This document shows, one piece after another, positions 8,553 through 18,144 of a stretch of 32,000 bases of DNA; the stretch's first letter is position 1; each line of letters starts with the position of its first letter. The stretch is from contig NZ_RSDW01000001.1 of NCBI RefSeq assembly GCF_003945235.1, forward strand, positions 4,560,001 to 4,592,000, given 5' to 3'. The notes below the pieces were generated by a model. That model was not told where the DNA came from, did no database searches, and saw only the letters and a program-made list of their open reading frames with translations. The translations under genes and the position numbers were made by a program. Source of the stretch: Edaphobacter aggregans (GTDB lineage Bacteria > Acidobacteriota > Terriglobia > Terriglobales > Acidobacteriaceae).

Positions 8553-8594
8553 CCCACATCTCAGAAGCGAGATATGGGGCACCCGGCTTGGTGG
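8553..8594. repeat. Intergenic hairpin-plus-tail motif, copy A
   Basis: Stem CCCACATCTC / GAGATATGGG (8553-8562 and 8569-8578, one mismatch). The 21-nt string ATGGGGCACCCGGCTTGGTGG (8574-8594) starts inside the 3' arm. It is 18/21 identical to 14435-14455. Confidence 0.4.
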
Positions 8595-8598
8595 CGGG

Positions 8599-8814
8599 CT
8601 AGTCTTCGTCGTTCTGGCGCTGAGTTTTGTTGGAGCGGGCTAGTTCTTCGAGGAGGTCTGGGTCTTGTATGGGGGTGGAGATTTTGTAGTCACCTGACGC
8701 CCATTTGCCGAGGTCGATGCGGCGGCAGCGATCGCTGCAGAAGGGGAAGTCTTCGTTCCTTTCGAGGACCAGGGTGCGGCAGGTGGGGCAGCGGAGAGCT
8801 TTCTTGGTGGCCAT
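8599..8814 (-). CDS. yacG: DNA gyrase inhibitor YacG (zinc finger)
   Basis: CPTC...FPFCSDRCRRIDLGKWASGDY matches the YacG pattern CPxC...PFCSxRCxxIDLGxWA. The product is 71 aa. Confidence 0.85.
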   Translation of the reverse strand: MATKKALRCPTCRTLVLERNEDFPFCSDRCRRIDLGKWASGDYKISTPIQDPDLLEELARSNKTQRQNDED

Positions 8815-8834
8815 GGGGATTAGATTATCGAGAG

Positions 8835-10595
8835 TTATTCGAGGATGCGTGCGACTACGTCATAGTCGTGGGACTCGGTGATTTCGGCTCGGTAGAAGGT
8901 TCCTAGGACCAGGGTTTCGTGGGGGCCGAAGTCGTTGATGAAGACTTTGCCGTCGATCTCGGGGGCGTGGAGGGAGGTGCGGCCTTCCCAGAGGAGTTCG
9001 GTCTCTTCGGATTCGCCTTCGACCAGCAAGTCAATCTCGCGGCCTACCCAGGCGGCTTTGGCTTTGGTGCTGATCTTTTGCTGGAGCTTCATCAGCTTGC
9101 GGCGACGGGCTTGAATGGTGCGGTTGGGGACTTTGAGCTCGTCGGCTAGTTCGAAGGCCTTTGCGCCCTCTTCGTCGGAGTAGGTGAAGACGCCTAGCCA
9201 GTCGATTTTGGCGGCGGTGATGAAGGCTTCGAGTTCTTTGTAGTCGGCTTCGGTTTCGCCGGGGAAGCCTACGATGAAGCTAGTACGGATGACGATGCCG
9301 GGGACGATGCGGCGGGCCTTCTCGATGAGGTCGAGGAAGATCTTCGCGTTGCCTCCGCGCTTCATTGTTTTGAGGACTGAAGCTGAGGCGTGCTGGAGGG
9401 GGACGTCGAGGTACTTGGCGATGTTGTCGTGGCGCGCCATGGTCTCGAGAAGGTTCGTCGTGACTTTGTTGGGGTAGGTGTAGAGGAAGCGCAGCCAGCG
9501 GAGGCCGGGCAGGACGGCGAGGGCGTCGAGTAGGGTGGCGAGGCCGTCAGTGAAGCCGAGGTCTTCGCCGTAGCAGGTGGTGTCCTGGCCGATGAGAGTG
9601 ATCTCACGGACGCCCTGGGCGATGAGGTTTTCGGCCTCGGCGATGATGGAGGACATGCGGCGGGAACGAAACTTGCCGCGGAGCTGCGGGATGATGCAGA
9701 AGCTGCAGGGGTGGTCGCAGCCTTCGGCGATTTTGATGTAGGCGCTGGCGCGCGGGGTGGTGAGGATGCGTGGTGTGGCGTCGGTGTAGAGGTATTCGGG
9801 GAGTGCTGCGGTGGCTCCGTCCCAGGCGGCGCGGGAGAATCGGCCTTGCTGCTGGCGGAGGTCGCCTTCTGCGCGGGATTTTGTGCCCGCGTTGGGGATG
9901 TGGGCGATGTGGTCGCCGGTGTGGGCGAGGGGTTCGTCGCCGTGGGTGGTGCCGGTTTCGGCTAGCGATTGCACGATCCGGAGTTGCGGGGCGATCTCGC
10001 GGTCGTTTTCGGGATCGGCTAGCGGGCGGGAGTGCTGGCTCACGGCGCTGGGAGCGCGGTCGATCAGATGGGCTACTTCGGCGTCGGTTTGAGCCTTGCC
10101 TATGGCGTGGGTGTGGATGGTGGCTTGTGGGGTGCCTTGTGGAAGGATGGTGAAGGGGGAGTTTTGTGGTGCGGGCTGTGGGGTTAGTCCGGCGGCCGTG
10201 AGGATGGCTTCGAGTTCGCCGGTGCCTACTACGGCGTCGACTTCGGGGATGTTCTTCTGGATTTCGTCGCGGTAGCGTTCGACCAGGCAGCCGGCTACGA
10301 TGAGGCGCTGGGCTTTGCCACCGTTGGCCTGCTTGTGCTGGACCATCTCGAGGATGGTGTTGACGGACTCCTGCTTGGCGGAGTCGATGAAGCTGCAGGT
10401 GTTGACGACTAGGATTTCGGCGTCTTCGGCGTTGGGGGTGAGCTCGCCTCCGGCGTGGTGAAGGAGGCCCATCATGACTTCGGAGTCAACGAGGTTCTTG
10501 GGGCAGCCTAGCGAGACGAAGCCGATCTTTGGCCGCGTGGGCGCAGTTGTCTCGGCGATCTCTTCGATTGTGGAGGGGGGAGTCACTTCAACCAT
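8835..10595 (-). CDS. rimO: Ribosomal protein S12 methylthiotransferase RimO, carrying an atypical roughly 120-aa insertion
   Basis: N-terminal KIGFVSLGCPKNLVDSE and VVNTCSFIDSAKQES; radical-SAM AYIKIAEGCDHPCSFCIIPQLRGKFRSR; C-terminal TRAM domain. From memory E. coli RimO is about 440 aa; this product is 586 aa. Confidence 0.85.
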   Translation of the reverse strand: MVEVTPPSTIEEIAETTAPTRPKIGFVSLGCPKNLVDSEVMMGLLHHAGGELTPNAEDAEILVVNTCSFIDSAKQESVNTILEMVQHKQANGGKAQRLIVAGCLVERYRDEIQKNIPEVDAVVGTGELEAILTAAGLTPQPAPQNSPFTILPQGTPQATIHTHAIGKAQTDAEVAHLIDRAPSAVSQHSRPLADPENDREIAPQLRIVQSLAETGTTHGDEPLAHTGDHIAHIPNAGTKSRAEGDLRQQQGRFSRAAWDGATAALPEYLYTDATPRILTTPRASAYIKIAEGCDHPCSFCIIPQLRGKFRSRRMSSIIAEAENLIAQGVREITLIGQDTTCYGEDLGFTDGLATLLDALAVLPGLRWLRFLYTYPNKVTTNLLETMARHDNIAKYLDVPLQHASASVLKTMKRGGNAKIFLDLIEKARRIVPGIVIRTSFIVGFPGETEADYKELEAFITAAKIDWLGVFTYSDEEGAKAFELADELKVPNRTIQARRRKLMKLQQKISTKAKAAWVGREIDLLVEGESEETELLWEGRTSLHAPEIDGKVFINDFGPHETLVLGTFYRAEITESHDYDVVARILE

Positions 10596-10615
10596 TCTAG
10601 CAATTTTGAGCTATT

Positions 10616-11722
10616 TCAGGTGACGGTGGGGAATCGGTAGCGACGCAGGGCATCGATATGAATGACGAGGGCAATGAGGCCTCCGACGATGGTGCACCAG
10701 GCACGGCGATGGGCGATGAGGGTGCCGGGGATCTGATTGAGAGAGAGCAGGAAGACGATGTAACCCGTGATGAAGGTGGTGAAGAGCGCGTAATTTACCG
10801 AAGTGGTGGCGAATGTGCAGAAGGCGAAGAGGGTGGTGATGGCTGCGAGAACGACCGGGCTGGGTGCGAGGTGCGCGATGAGGAGGCTGCAGAGCCATGC
10901 TCCGACGAGAGTGCCGGCGACACGAGCCGTGGTGCGCGTGAGGGTTTCGACGAAGGTGGGTCTTTGGACGAGGAGTGCGGTCATGGGGATCCAATAACCG
11001 GACTGCACGCCGATGTGGAGGTAAGCCCAGGTGGCGGCAAGCATGGTGAGCACGATGCGGATGGTGTAGCCGATCGACTCTTCTTGTGTCAGAGAAGGGA
11101 GCGTCTCGCGTATATCGCGAAGGTGGTATAGCAGTTCCTGGCCATGCCTGGGAATGGAGAGGAGGTTTTTTCCGAGCTCAGGCATGAGACGGAGGGCCGC
11201 TGAGGTGATCAGGATCTGAACCACGCCTCCCGCAATGATGAGACCGGCGCGTATGAAAGCTAAGCGGGGGCCTGTGGGAAAGGCAGAGGCCACTAGCAGA
11301 GCGATGGAGGCTTGCTGGCCTACCCAGGAGAGACCGGCGTCGCGCGCTGTGAGGACGCCGTAGATGAAGGCGGAGATTGCGGCGAAGAGAAGCAGTTCGT
11401 AGCCGTTATGTCCGGCGACCGTTCCGGCGAGAGTGCTGGTGGACATCGCGAGGAGAGCGGCCATCATGGGCAGGAGCCGCGAGTCGGCGATTCGCTGATT
11501 GGCTCCGAAGCCGATAGTGAGGGCTCCGCCGCCTGCGACCAGGCCGCCACGGGGGTGTCCGACCAGAATGCCGGTGAAAAGGCAGAGAGCGACGGCAGAG
11601 GCGCTGACAAGGGGCAGACTGAAGTGAATCTCAGACCACTTGAAGGTGTATAGGTCTGCGAGGAACGCCGGCGACGGCGTTGGGATTGTGGCCGGAGGAA
11701 GCGGATTTGAGTGCGAGGCCAT
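10616..11722 (-). CDS. FUSC/YccS-like (aromatic acid exporter type) polytopic inner-membrane protein
   Basis: 368-aa product that is hydrophobic throughout, with roughly ten predicted TM segments. Its general resemblance to FUSC_2 family proteins is a memory-based assignment. Confidence 0.55.
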   Translation of the reverse strand: MASHSNPLPPATIPTPSPAFLADLYTFKWSEIHFSLPLVSASAVALCLFTGILVGHPRGGLVAGGGALTIGFGANQRIADSRLLPMMAALLAMSTSTLAGTVAGHNGYELLLFAAISAFIYGVLTARDAGLSWVGQQASIALLVASAFPTGPRLAFIRAGLIIAGGVVQILITSAALRLMPELGKNLLSIPRHGQELLYHLRDIRETLPSLTQEESIGYTIRIVLTMLAATWAYLHIGVQSGYWIPMTALLVQRPTFVETLTRTTARVAGTLVGAWLCSLLIAHLAPSPVVLAAITTLFAFCTFATTSVNYALFTTFITGYIVFLLSLNQIPGTLIAHRRAWCTIVGGLIALVIHIDALRRYRFPTVT

Positions 11723-11943
11723 TTGTCACCACTAAAACTAAATCAGATGCGGGATGTTCCTGAACTAGAGGTGATTTGGATATCGAGTCCCTTTGTTTTC
11801 GGTGGAGGAGCGTGGATCGCTCTTGAGGCCATTTTTTTCTAGTGAATCTGCGGTGGAACTTTCGACCGGCATGTGAACGTATTGCACGATAGCATTTTCT
11901 CGGATACGTCTTTTGCTGCTCTCTTCTCGAAGGGGATGGGTCG

Positions 11944-14376
11944 ATGGATGCTTTAGTGCAGAACCTCAGATTTGCGGCGCGTCAGTTGTGGCGCTATCCC
12001 GGTTTTACTGTGACCGTGATTCTTACGCTGGCGCTTTCTATCGGTGCGAACGCGGCGATTTTTTCTATCGTGAATGCGCTCATATTGAAGAGTCTGCCTT
12101 ATTCGCATCCGGAGCGGATGGGCACGATTTATACGCGAATCACCGGCACCAGGCCCGCCGATGAGCGGCACAAGGTGAATGGCGAGCAGTGGGAGCTGCT
12201 GCGCGACAATGTTCCTTCGCTGATGTCGGCTGTTTCGAGCGGGAGAAACTCGGGCGTCAATCTGCAGTCCGGGTCTCATGTGCAGTACCTTCAGGCAGGG
12301 CGCATCTCGGCGCATTATCTGGATGTGCTGGGGATCCATCCTGTTGCCGGGCGTAATTTTTCTGAGGCGGAGGATCGGGTCAATGGGCCGAAGACTGCCA
12401 TTCTGAGTTATGGCTTGTGGCGGAATAGCTTTGGCTCCGATCGCAATATTCTTGGGCAGGCCATCCTATTGAAAGGAGAGCCTTATACGGTCGTCGGGAT
12501 ATTGCCTGAGGGCGTGACTACTCCTTTGAATGCTGAGCTGTATACGGCGCTTCAGGGGAGCCATAAGGGCGAAGGTAGCGGCACGAACTTTCAGGCCATT
12601 ACACGGTTGCGTGATGGAGCGACATGGCAGCAGGCGGATGCTGAGATCAATCGTGCGTGGTCGCTTCGTACGCAGCGCTATGAATTAGAGAACAATCCGG
12701 GCGCGCAGGTGACCTATTATTCTGTGCCGCTTCAGAAGGGCGAGACGGCGACGCTGCGGCCGCAGGCTTTGACGCTGATGGTGGCGGCTGGATTCATCCT
12801 GTTGATTGCTTGCGCTAATCTCGCGGGTCTGACGCTGGTACGCGTGCTGCGACGCACGCCTGAAGTTGCAACGCGGCTCGCGCTCGGCGCTTCGCACTGG
12901 CAGATTCAAAAGCAGCTTTGGGTTGAAAATCTTCTGCTGGCAGTTGTGGGAGGGATGGCGGGCGTAGCGACAGGGTTCATCGCTTTGCGTGGGTTGTTGA
13001 TGCTTCTGCCGGAACATTTTCTGCCTGTCGCGAGCGTGCCTCTCGATGGCCGCGTGCTGGCATTTACGCTGCTTCTCTCGCTGCTGACTAGCTTGCTCTT
13101 TGGCATGCTTCCTGCTCTTGCAACGCGCAGGTTTGATCTGCGGTCTGCGCTTGCCAGCCGTGCTGCGGTTGGCGGTGACCGTCTGCGGCTGCGGCAGGCG
13201 TTGATTGTGAGTGAGGTTGCCCTGACTGTGGTGTTGCTGGCAGCTTCGGGCTTGCTCATTCGTACTCTGATTCATCTCCAGACTTTGCCGCCGGGTTTTA
13301 ATCCCACGGGTGTGATGACCGCGAGGGCGTCGCTGGATGATATTCGATACCACGACCCGGCAGCTTTTCAGAAGCTGCTTCGTGAAAGCACGCTGGCCAT
13401 GCAGCAGATTCCCGGCGTGCAGCATGCTGCGGTCGGATTGAGTCTGCCGTATGAGCGGTCATTGATTATGGGGGCGCTGCCAATTCGCGATGGCAAAGAG
13501 GCTGGGCAAAAAGTTACAGCGGATGAGACATACATCACGCCTGGCTACTTCGAGGCGTTGCAGGTTCCGGTGCTGTCGGGGCGGTCGTTCACCGAAGGGG
13601 ATGGTCCTGATGCGCAGCGAGTGGCGATCGTCAACCAGACCTTTGCGCGGAAGTTTTTCCATGGGGAGAATCCGGTTGGGCGTTATCTCGATAAGGACAT
13701 GATGATTGTTGGGGTGGTCGGAGATGTCGCGATTGCGCCGGGTGTGGATACCGGCGCGCCTATTACTGGTGAGGAGACGGTGTACATTCCGGCTGCGCAG
13801 GTGCCGGCGAGCCTGCTGTCGGTGGTTCATGCGTGGTTCCAGCCGAGTTGGATTGTTCGTACAGCCGGGCCAGTGGAGGGGTTGACCGCGCAGATGCAAC
13901 ACGCGCTGGCGAGCGTCGACCCAAACATCCCTTTCTCCGGCTTCTATGGCATGCGCGACCTGCTGGCGAAGACTTTGGCGACGCAGCGTGTGGAAGTGGC
14001 GCTGCTGAGCGCGATGGCGGCTCTGGCTCTGCTGTTGAGTGCTGTCGGAATCTTTGCACTGGTGGCAAATATTGTGGCGCAGAAGACGCGGGAGATTGGG
14101 ATTCGGATTGCTCTGGGCTCTACCGTTCGTCAGGCCATGGTGCATATTGGAGCGCCAGGAGTACGGGCGTCGGTGCTTGGGCTCGTTTTGGGGCTGATCT
14201 TATGCGTTGGTGCGTTGCGGGCGATGCATAGCGTGCTCTATGGAGTGGGCGTCTATGACGTGCCTACTATCTTCGCGGTCGTCTTGATGCTCGCGTCCGT
14301 AACGCTTGTTGCTACCACTGTGCCTACACTGCGGATTGCGAGAATCGATCCTGCAAAGACGTTGCGGGAGGAGTAG
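11944..14376 (+). CDS. ADOP-family duplicated MacB/FtsX-type ABC transporter permease
   Basis: 810 aa. The N-terminus LRFAARQLWRYPGFTVTVILTLALSIGANAAIFSIVNALILKSLPY is the typical ADOP start. Two MacB_PCD-plus-FtsX halves are present; the second FtsX end is REIGIRIALGS.... Confidence 0.85.
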   Translation: MDALVQNLRFAARQLWRYPGFTVTVILTLALSIGANAAIFSIVNALILKSLPYSHPERMGTIYTRITGTRPADERHKVNGEQWELLRDNVPSLMSAVSSGRNSGVNLQSGSHVQYLQAGRISAHYLDVLGIHPVAGRNFSEAEDRVNGPKTAILSYGLWRNSFGSDRNILGQAILLKGEPYTVVGILPEGVTTPLNAELYTALQGSHKGEGSGTNFQAITRLRDGATWQQADAEINRAWSLRTQRYELENNPGAQVTYYSVPLQKGETATLRPQALTLMVAAGFILLIACANLAGLTLVRVLRRTPEVATRLALGASHWQIQKQLWVENLLLAVVGGMAGVATGFIALRGLLMLLPEHFLPVASVPLDGRVLAFTLLLSLLTSLLFGMLPALATRRFDLRSALASRAAVGGDRLRLRQALIVSEVALTVVLLAASGLLIRTLIHLQTLPPGFNPTGVMTARASLDDIRYHDPAAFQKLLRESTLAMQQIPGVQHAAVGLSLPYERSLIMGALPIRDGKEAGQKVTADETYITPGYFEALQVPVLSGRSFTEGDGPDAQRVAIVNQTFARKFFHGENPVGRYLDKDMMIVGVVGDVAIAPGVDTGAPITGEETVYIPAAQVPASLLSVVHAWFQPSWIVRTAGPVEGLTAQMQHALASVDPNIPFSGFYGMRDLLAKTLATQRVEVALLSAMAALALLLSAVGIFALVANIVAQKTREIGIRIALGSTVRQAMVHIGAPGVRASVLGLVLGLILCVGALRAMHSVLYGVGVYDVPTIFAVVLMLASVTLVATTVPTLRIARIDPAKTLREE

Positions 14377-14403
14377 GACGGACGGGATCGAGCTTCGCTT
14401 GAC

Positions 14404-14455
14404 ACCCCAACCTTCGCGCGATCGTGCGCTCAGGATGGGGTATCCGGCGTGGTGG
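14404..14455. repeat. Intergenic hairpin-plus-tail motif, copy B
   Basis: Arms ACCCCAACC / GGATGGGGT (14404-14412 and 14433-14441, one mismatch) enclose the mini-palindrome GCGCGATCGTGCGC. The tail ATGGGGTATCCGGCGTGGTGG lies at 14435-14455. Confidence 0.4.
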
Positions 14456-14488
14456 TCGGAGGGATTGCGTTCTGGCTGCGAGAGCTTG

Positions 14489-15052
14489 TCAGCTCTTGAC
14501 CGGTGGCGGGTAGTTCTTCAGGAGCTTCGCCATGGCCTTGTTCATATTCTTCTGGCGCTTGTCGGGCTTGGCTTTCGGATCGAGGGTCTTGCTGACGGTT
14601 CCTCGCCATACGAGATCCTTATCCGCTGAGTTGTACATATCGAGCACCAGTTGGCCGGTGTAGATGGTTGAGGTCGTACTATTAGTTGTCCCCATTCCCA
14701 TTCCGCCGCCGTACCAGCCGCGGCCATAGCCCCAGCCGGGTCCCATATCCGTGCTGAAGGACGTGACTTGTTTTTCCGATCCGATGGCTGTTTGATAGCC
14801 AATGAACAGGTCGGCGGTATCTGAATCGACCTTGGTCAACCCCTTCTTTGCCAGTTCCGCATCGATGGTGTCCTTAAGCTGTTTGTCTGTAAGTTCATCC
14901 GGTTGCTGGGCGCCTTTGATGGTCACCCACTTGTAGGTCTTGAACTTCGAAAAATCGCTGGCCTTGTCGAAGTTGTAGCGAACATCCTGACAGAGAGCGC
15001 TGCTCGCGATCATGAGCGACAGGGCTATCAAGATGTAAGAAAATTTCTTCAT
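14489..15052 (-). CDS. DUF4136-type lipoprotein or secreted protein
   Basis: Signal/lipobox-like N-terminus MKKFSYILIALSLMIASSALCQ, followed by DVRYNFDKASDFSKFKTYKWV, which is typical of DUF4136. The gene is more AT-rich than its neighbours. Confidence 0.75.
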   Translation of the reverse strand: MKKFSYILIALSLMIASSALCQDVRYNFDKASDFSKFKTYKWVTIKGAQQPDELTDKQLKDTIDAELAKKGLTKVDSDTADLFIGYQTAIGSEKQVTSFSTDMGPGWGYGRGWYGGGMGMGTTNSTTSTIYTGQLVLDMYNSADKDLVWRGTVSKTLDPKAKPDKRQKNMNKAMAKLLKNYPPPVKS

Positions 15053-15160
15053 ATCCAGCCTCCTATCCTTCAGGTGCCTGGCCCTCGCTGGGACATTGCA
15101 TCGCCAGCCTGCGAAACAGTGTATCTCAGGTGATGAGATGCGCTTGAACGCTTCAACTCT

Positions 15161-15205
15161 TAAAAGAGTTGCGCCTCTTCCTAGAGGGATTGCAGGAAGA
15201 GGCGC
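15161..15205 (-). terminator. Probable terminator of the GH1 gene
   Basis: 11-bp perfect stem GCGCCTCTTCC / GGAAGAGGCGC (15171-15181 and 15195-15205) with a 13-nt loop. On the minus strand it is followed by AACUCUUUUA. It lies 16 nt after the stop at 15221. Confidence 0.55.
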
Positions 15206-15220
15206 GAATGGGGGAAGCGT

Positions 15221-16681
<1,461 letters not shown>

Positions 16682-16767
16682 TGGTGTTTTTTCCCCTGTT
16701 CTAGCTTTCAGGGGGAGTGTAGCTGCTTCTGCCTTCGGTTGCCAAATGGTTAGGTGAGATTGCTGCC

Positions 16768-18036
16768 TTATCGGCTGCGGATGAGTACTGCGGTTGCGTC
16801 GTCGGTGCGGTCTGATCCGTGGCCGAAACGCTGCACTTCTTCGATCAATCCTTCTACGCAGGCGTCGGGTTGGAGGAAGTGTTCGAGCAAGCGCGCCGGG
16901 CCATATTCTTCTTCGTCGCGGTTCATGGCTTCGGTTATGCCGTCCGTGTAGAAGAGCAATCGGGTGCCGGGCTTGAGATTAATCTTGTGTTCTGGGTAGG
17001 ACGATGCGCCCAATCCGAGCGGGAGGCCGGTGTCGACGTCGAGGAACGCGCACTCCCCGTTTATAAGCAATGGGCGCAGATGTCCGGCGCTGGCTACGGT
17101 GATTTCACGAGATCGGGCATCGAGCACGGCGTAGATCATCGTCACAAATTTGCCCATCGGAAAGTCTTCGGAAAGGGTCTGGTTCAGACGGAGCAGTGTT
17201 TGGCTTGGCGAAGAGTCGAGCTTAGCGAGGGAGCGCAGGATGGCGCGTGTGGCGGACATCAGCAGTGCGGCGGGCATGCCTTTGCCGGAGACGTCGGCGA
17301 GTGCGATGCCGTAACGGCCGTCGCCCAGGTCGATGAAGTCGAACCAATCACCTGCCACTACTCCGGCCGGATGCCATGCGGTTTCGAACGCGAATCCTGG
17401 GACGAGGGGAACTGCCTTGAGGAATAGAGCTTGCTGGACGGCTCGCGCTTCCTGCACCTCATTTTGCATGCGCTCGCGTTCCTGGCGTTCGTGTTTGAAG
17501 AGGCGTGCGTTTTCTATGGCAACGGCGATATGTCCTGCCAAGGCTTTGAACACCTGTAGCTGGTCGCCGGAGAAGGCATTGATCTCCTTATGGCTGATGG
17601 AAAGGACTCCGATGACTTCGCCACCAGCCTTGAGTGGCAGATCAACTTCGGAGCGCGTGTCGGGCTCACAGGCGACGTAATAGGGATCCAACAGTACGTC
17701 CGGGGCGTAGCGCATGTGTCCGGAGGCTGCGACGTGGCCGACCATTCCTCGGCAACCAATTTGCAGGCGAGCACCCTTCTTGTAGAGGGAGCAGCCGCGA
17801 ACGCCGTGGAGGATCATCTCGTCGGTGTCGGGGTCTTGCAACCAGACGGAGACTTCGACGCAGCCGATTGATTCGGCGATGTCGTTGACGACGCGGTCGA
17901 GGAGAGGGTCGAGATCGAGCGTCGAGGTGATTAGCTGCGCGGCTCGCTGCAACTTCATGAGGGCTTGAACGAAGTCGCAGGAGGAGTGGGATCGGACGCG
18001 AAGAGTGTTGATTGTGCGGGGTGAGGTCGTTGCCAT
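16768..18036 (-). CDS. GAF-domain PP2C/SpoIIE-family serine phosphatase (RsbU-like)
   Basis: N-terminal GAF domain (LDLDPLLDRVVNDIAESIGCVEVSVWL...SISHKEINAFSGDQLQVFKALAGHIAVAIENARLF). C-terminal PP2C motifs VAGDWFDF, GIALADVSGKGMPAALLMS, LFYTDGITEA and DDATAVLIR. Confidence 0.85.
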   Translation of the reverse strand: MATTSPRTINTLRVRSHSSCDFVQALMKLQRAAQLITSTLDLDPLLDRVVNDIAESIGCVEVSVWLQDPDTDEMILHGVRGCSLYKKGARLQIGCRGMVGHVAASGHMRYAPDVLLDPYYVACEPDTRSEVDLPLKAGGEVIGVLSISHKEINAFSGDQLQVFKALAGHIAVAIENARLFKHERQERERMQNEVQEARAVQQALFLKAVPLVPGFAFETAWHPAGVVAGDWFDFIDLGDGRYGIALADVSGKGMPAALLMSATRAILRSLAKLDSSPSQTLLRLNQTLSEDFPMGKFVTMIYAVLDARSREITVASAGHLRPLLINGECAFLDVDTGLPLGLGASSYPEHKINLKPGTRLLFYTDGITEAMNRDEEEYGPARLLEHFLQPDACVEGLIEEVQRFGHGSDRTDDATAVLIRSR

Positions 18037-18144
18037 CCTGCGCTCCTTTGAAAGGGGCAGACCGGCTCGGGTGCGGGTCTAACTCGGTCTTTAGATGTTT
18101 TCGGGGATGACGCGATGCCAATCTTTTCGATTCGGCGCTCCATG

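Noticed and set aside
9801-10184. RimO insertion as a possible intein or mobile insertion
   Set aside because: There is no Cys/Ser/Thr at the N-terminal junction, no TxxH block and no terminal His-Asn followed by Cys/Ser/Thr. The composition is low-complexity rather than that of a folded Hint domain. I kept it as a finding, but only as a linker or insertion.
16693-16714. Hairpin CCCCTG/CAGGGG near the GH1 start and the PP2C stop
   Set aside because: The stem is only 6 bp. The T-run lies on the wrong side for a terminator on either strand.
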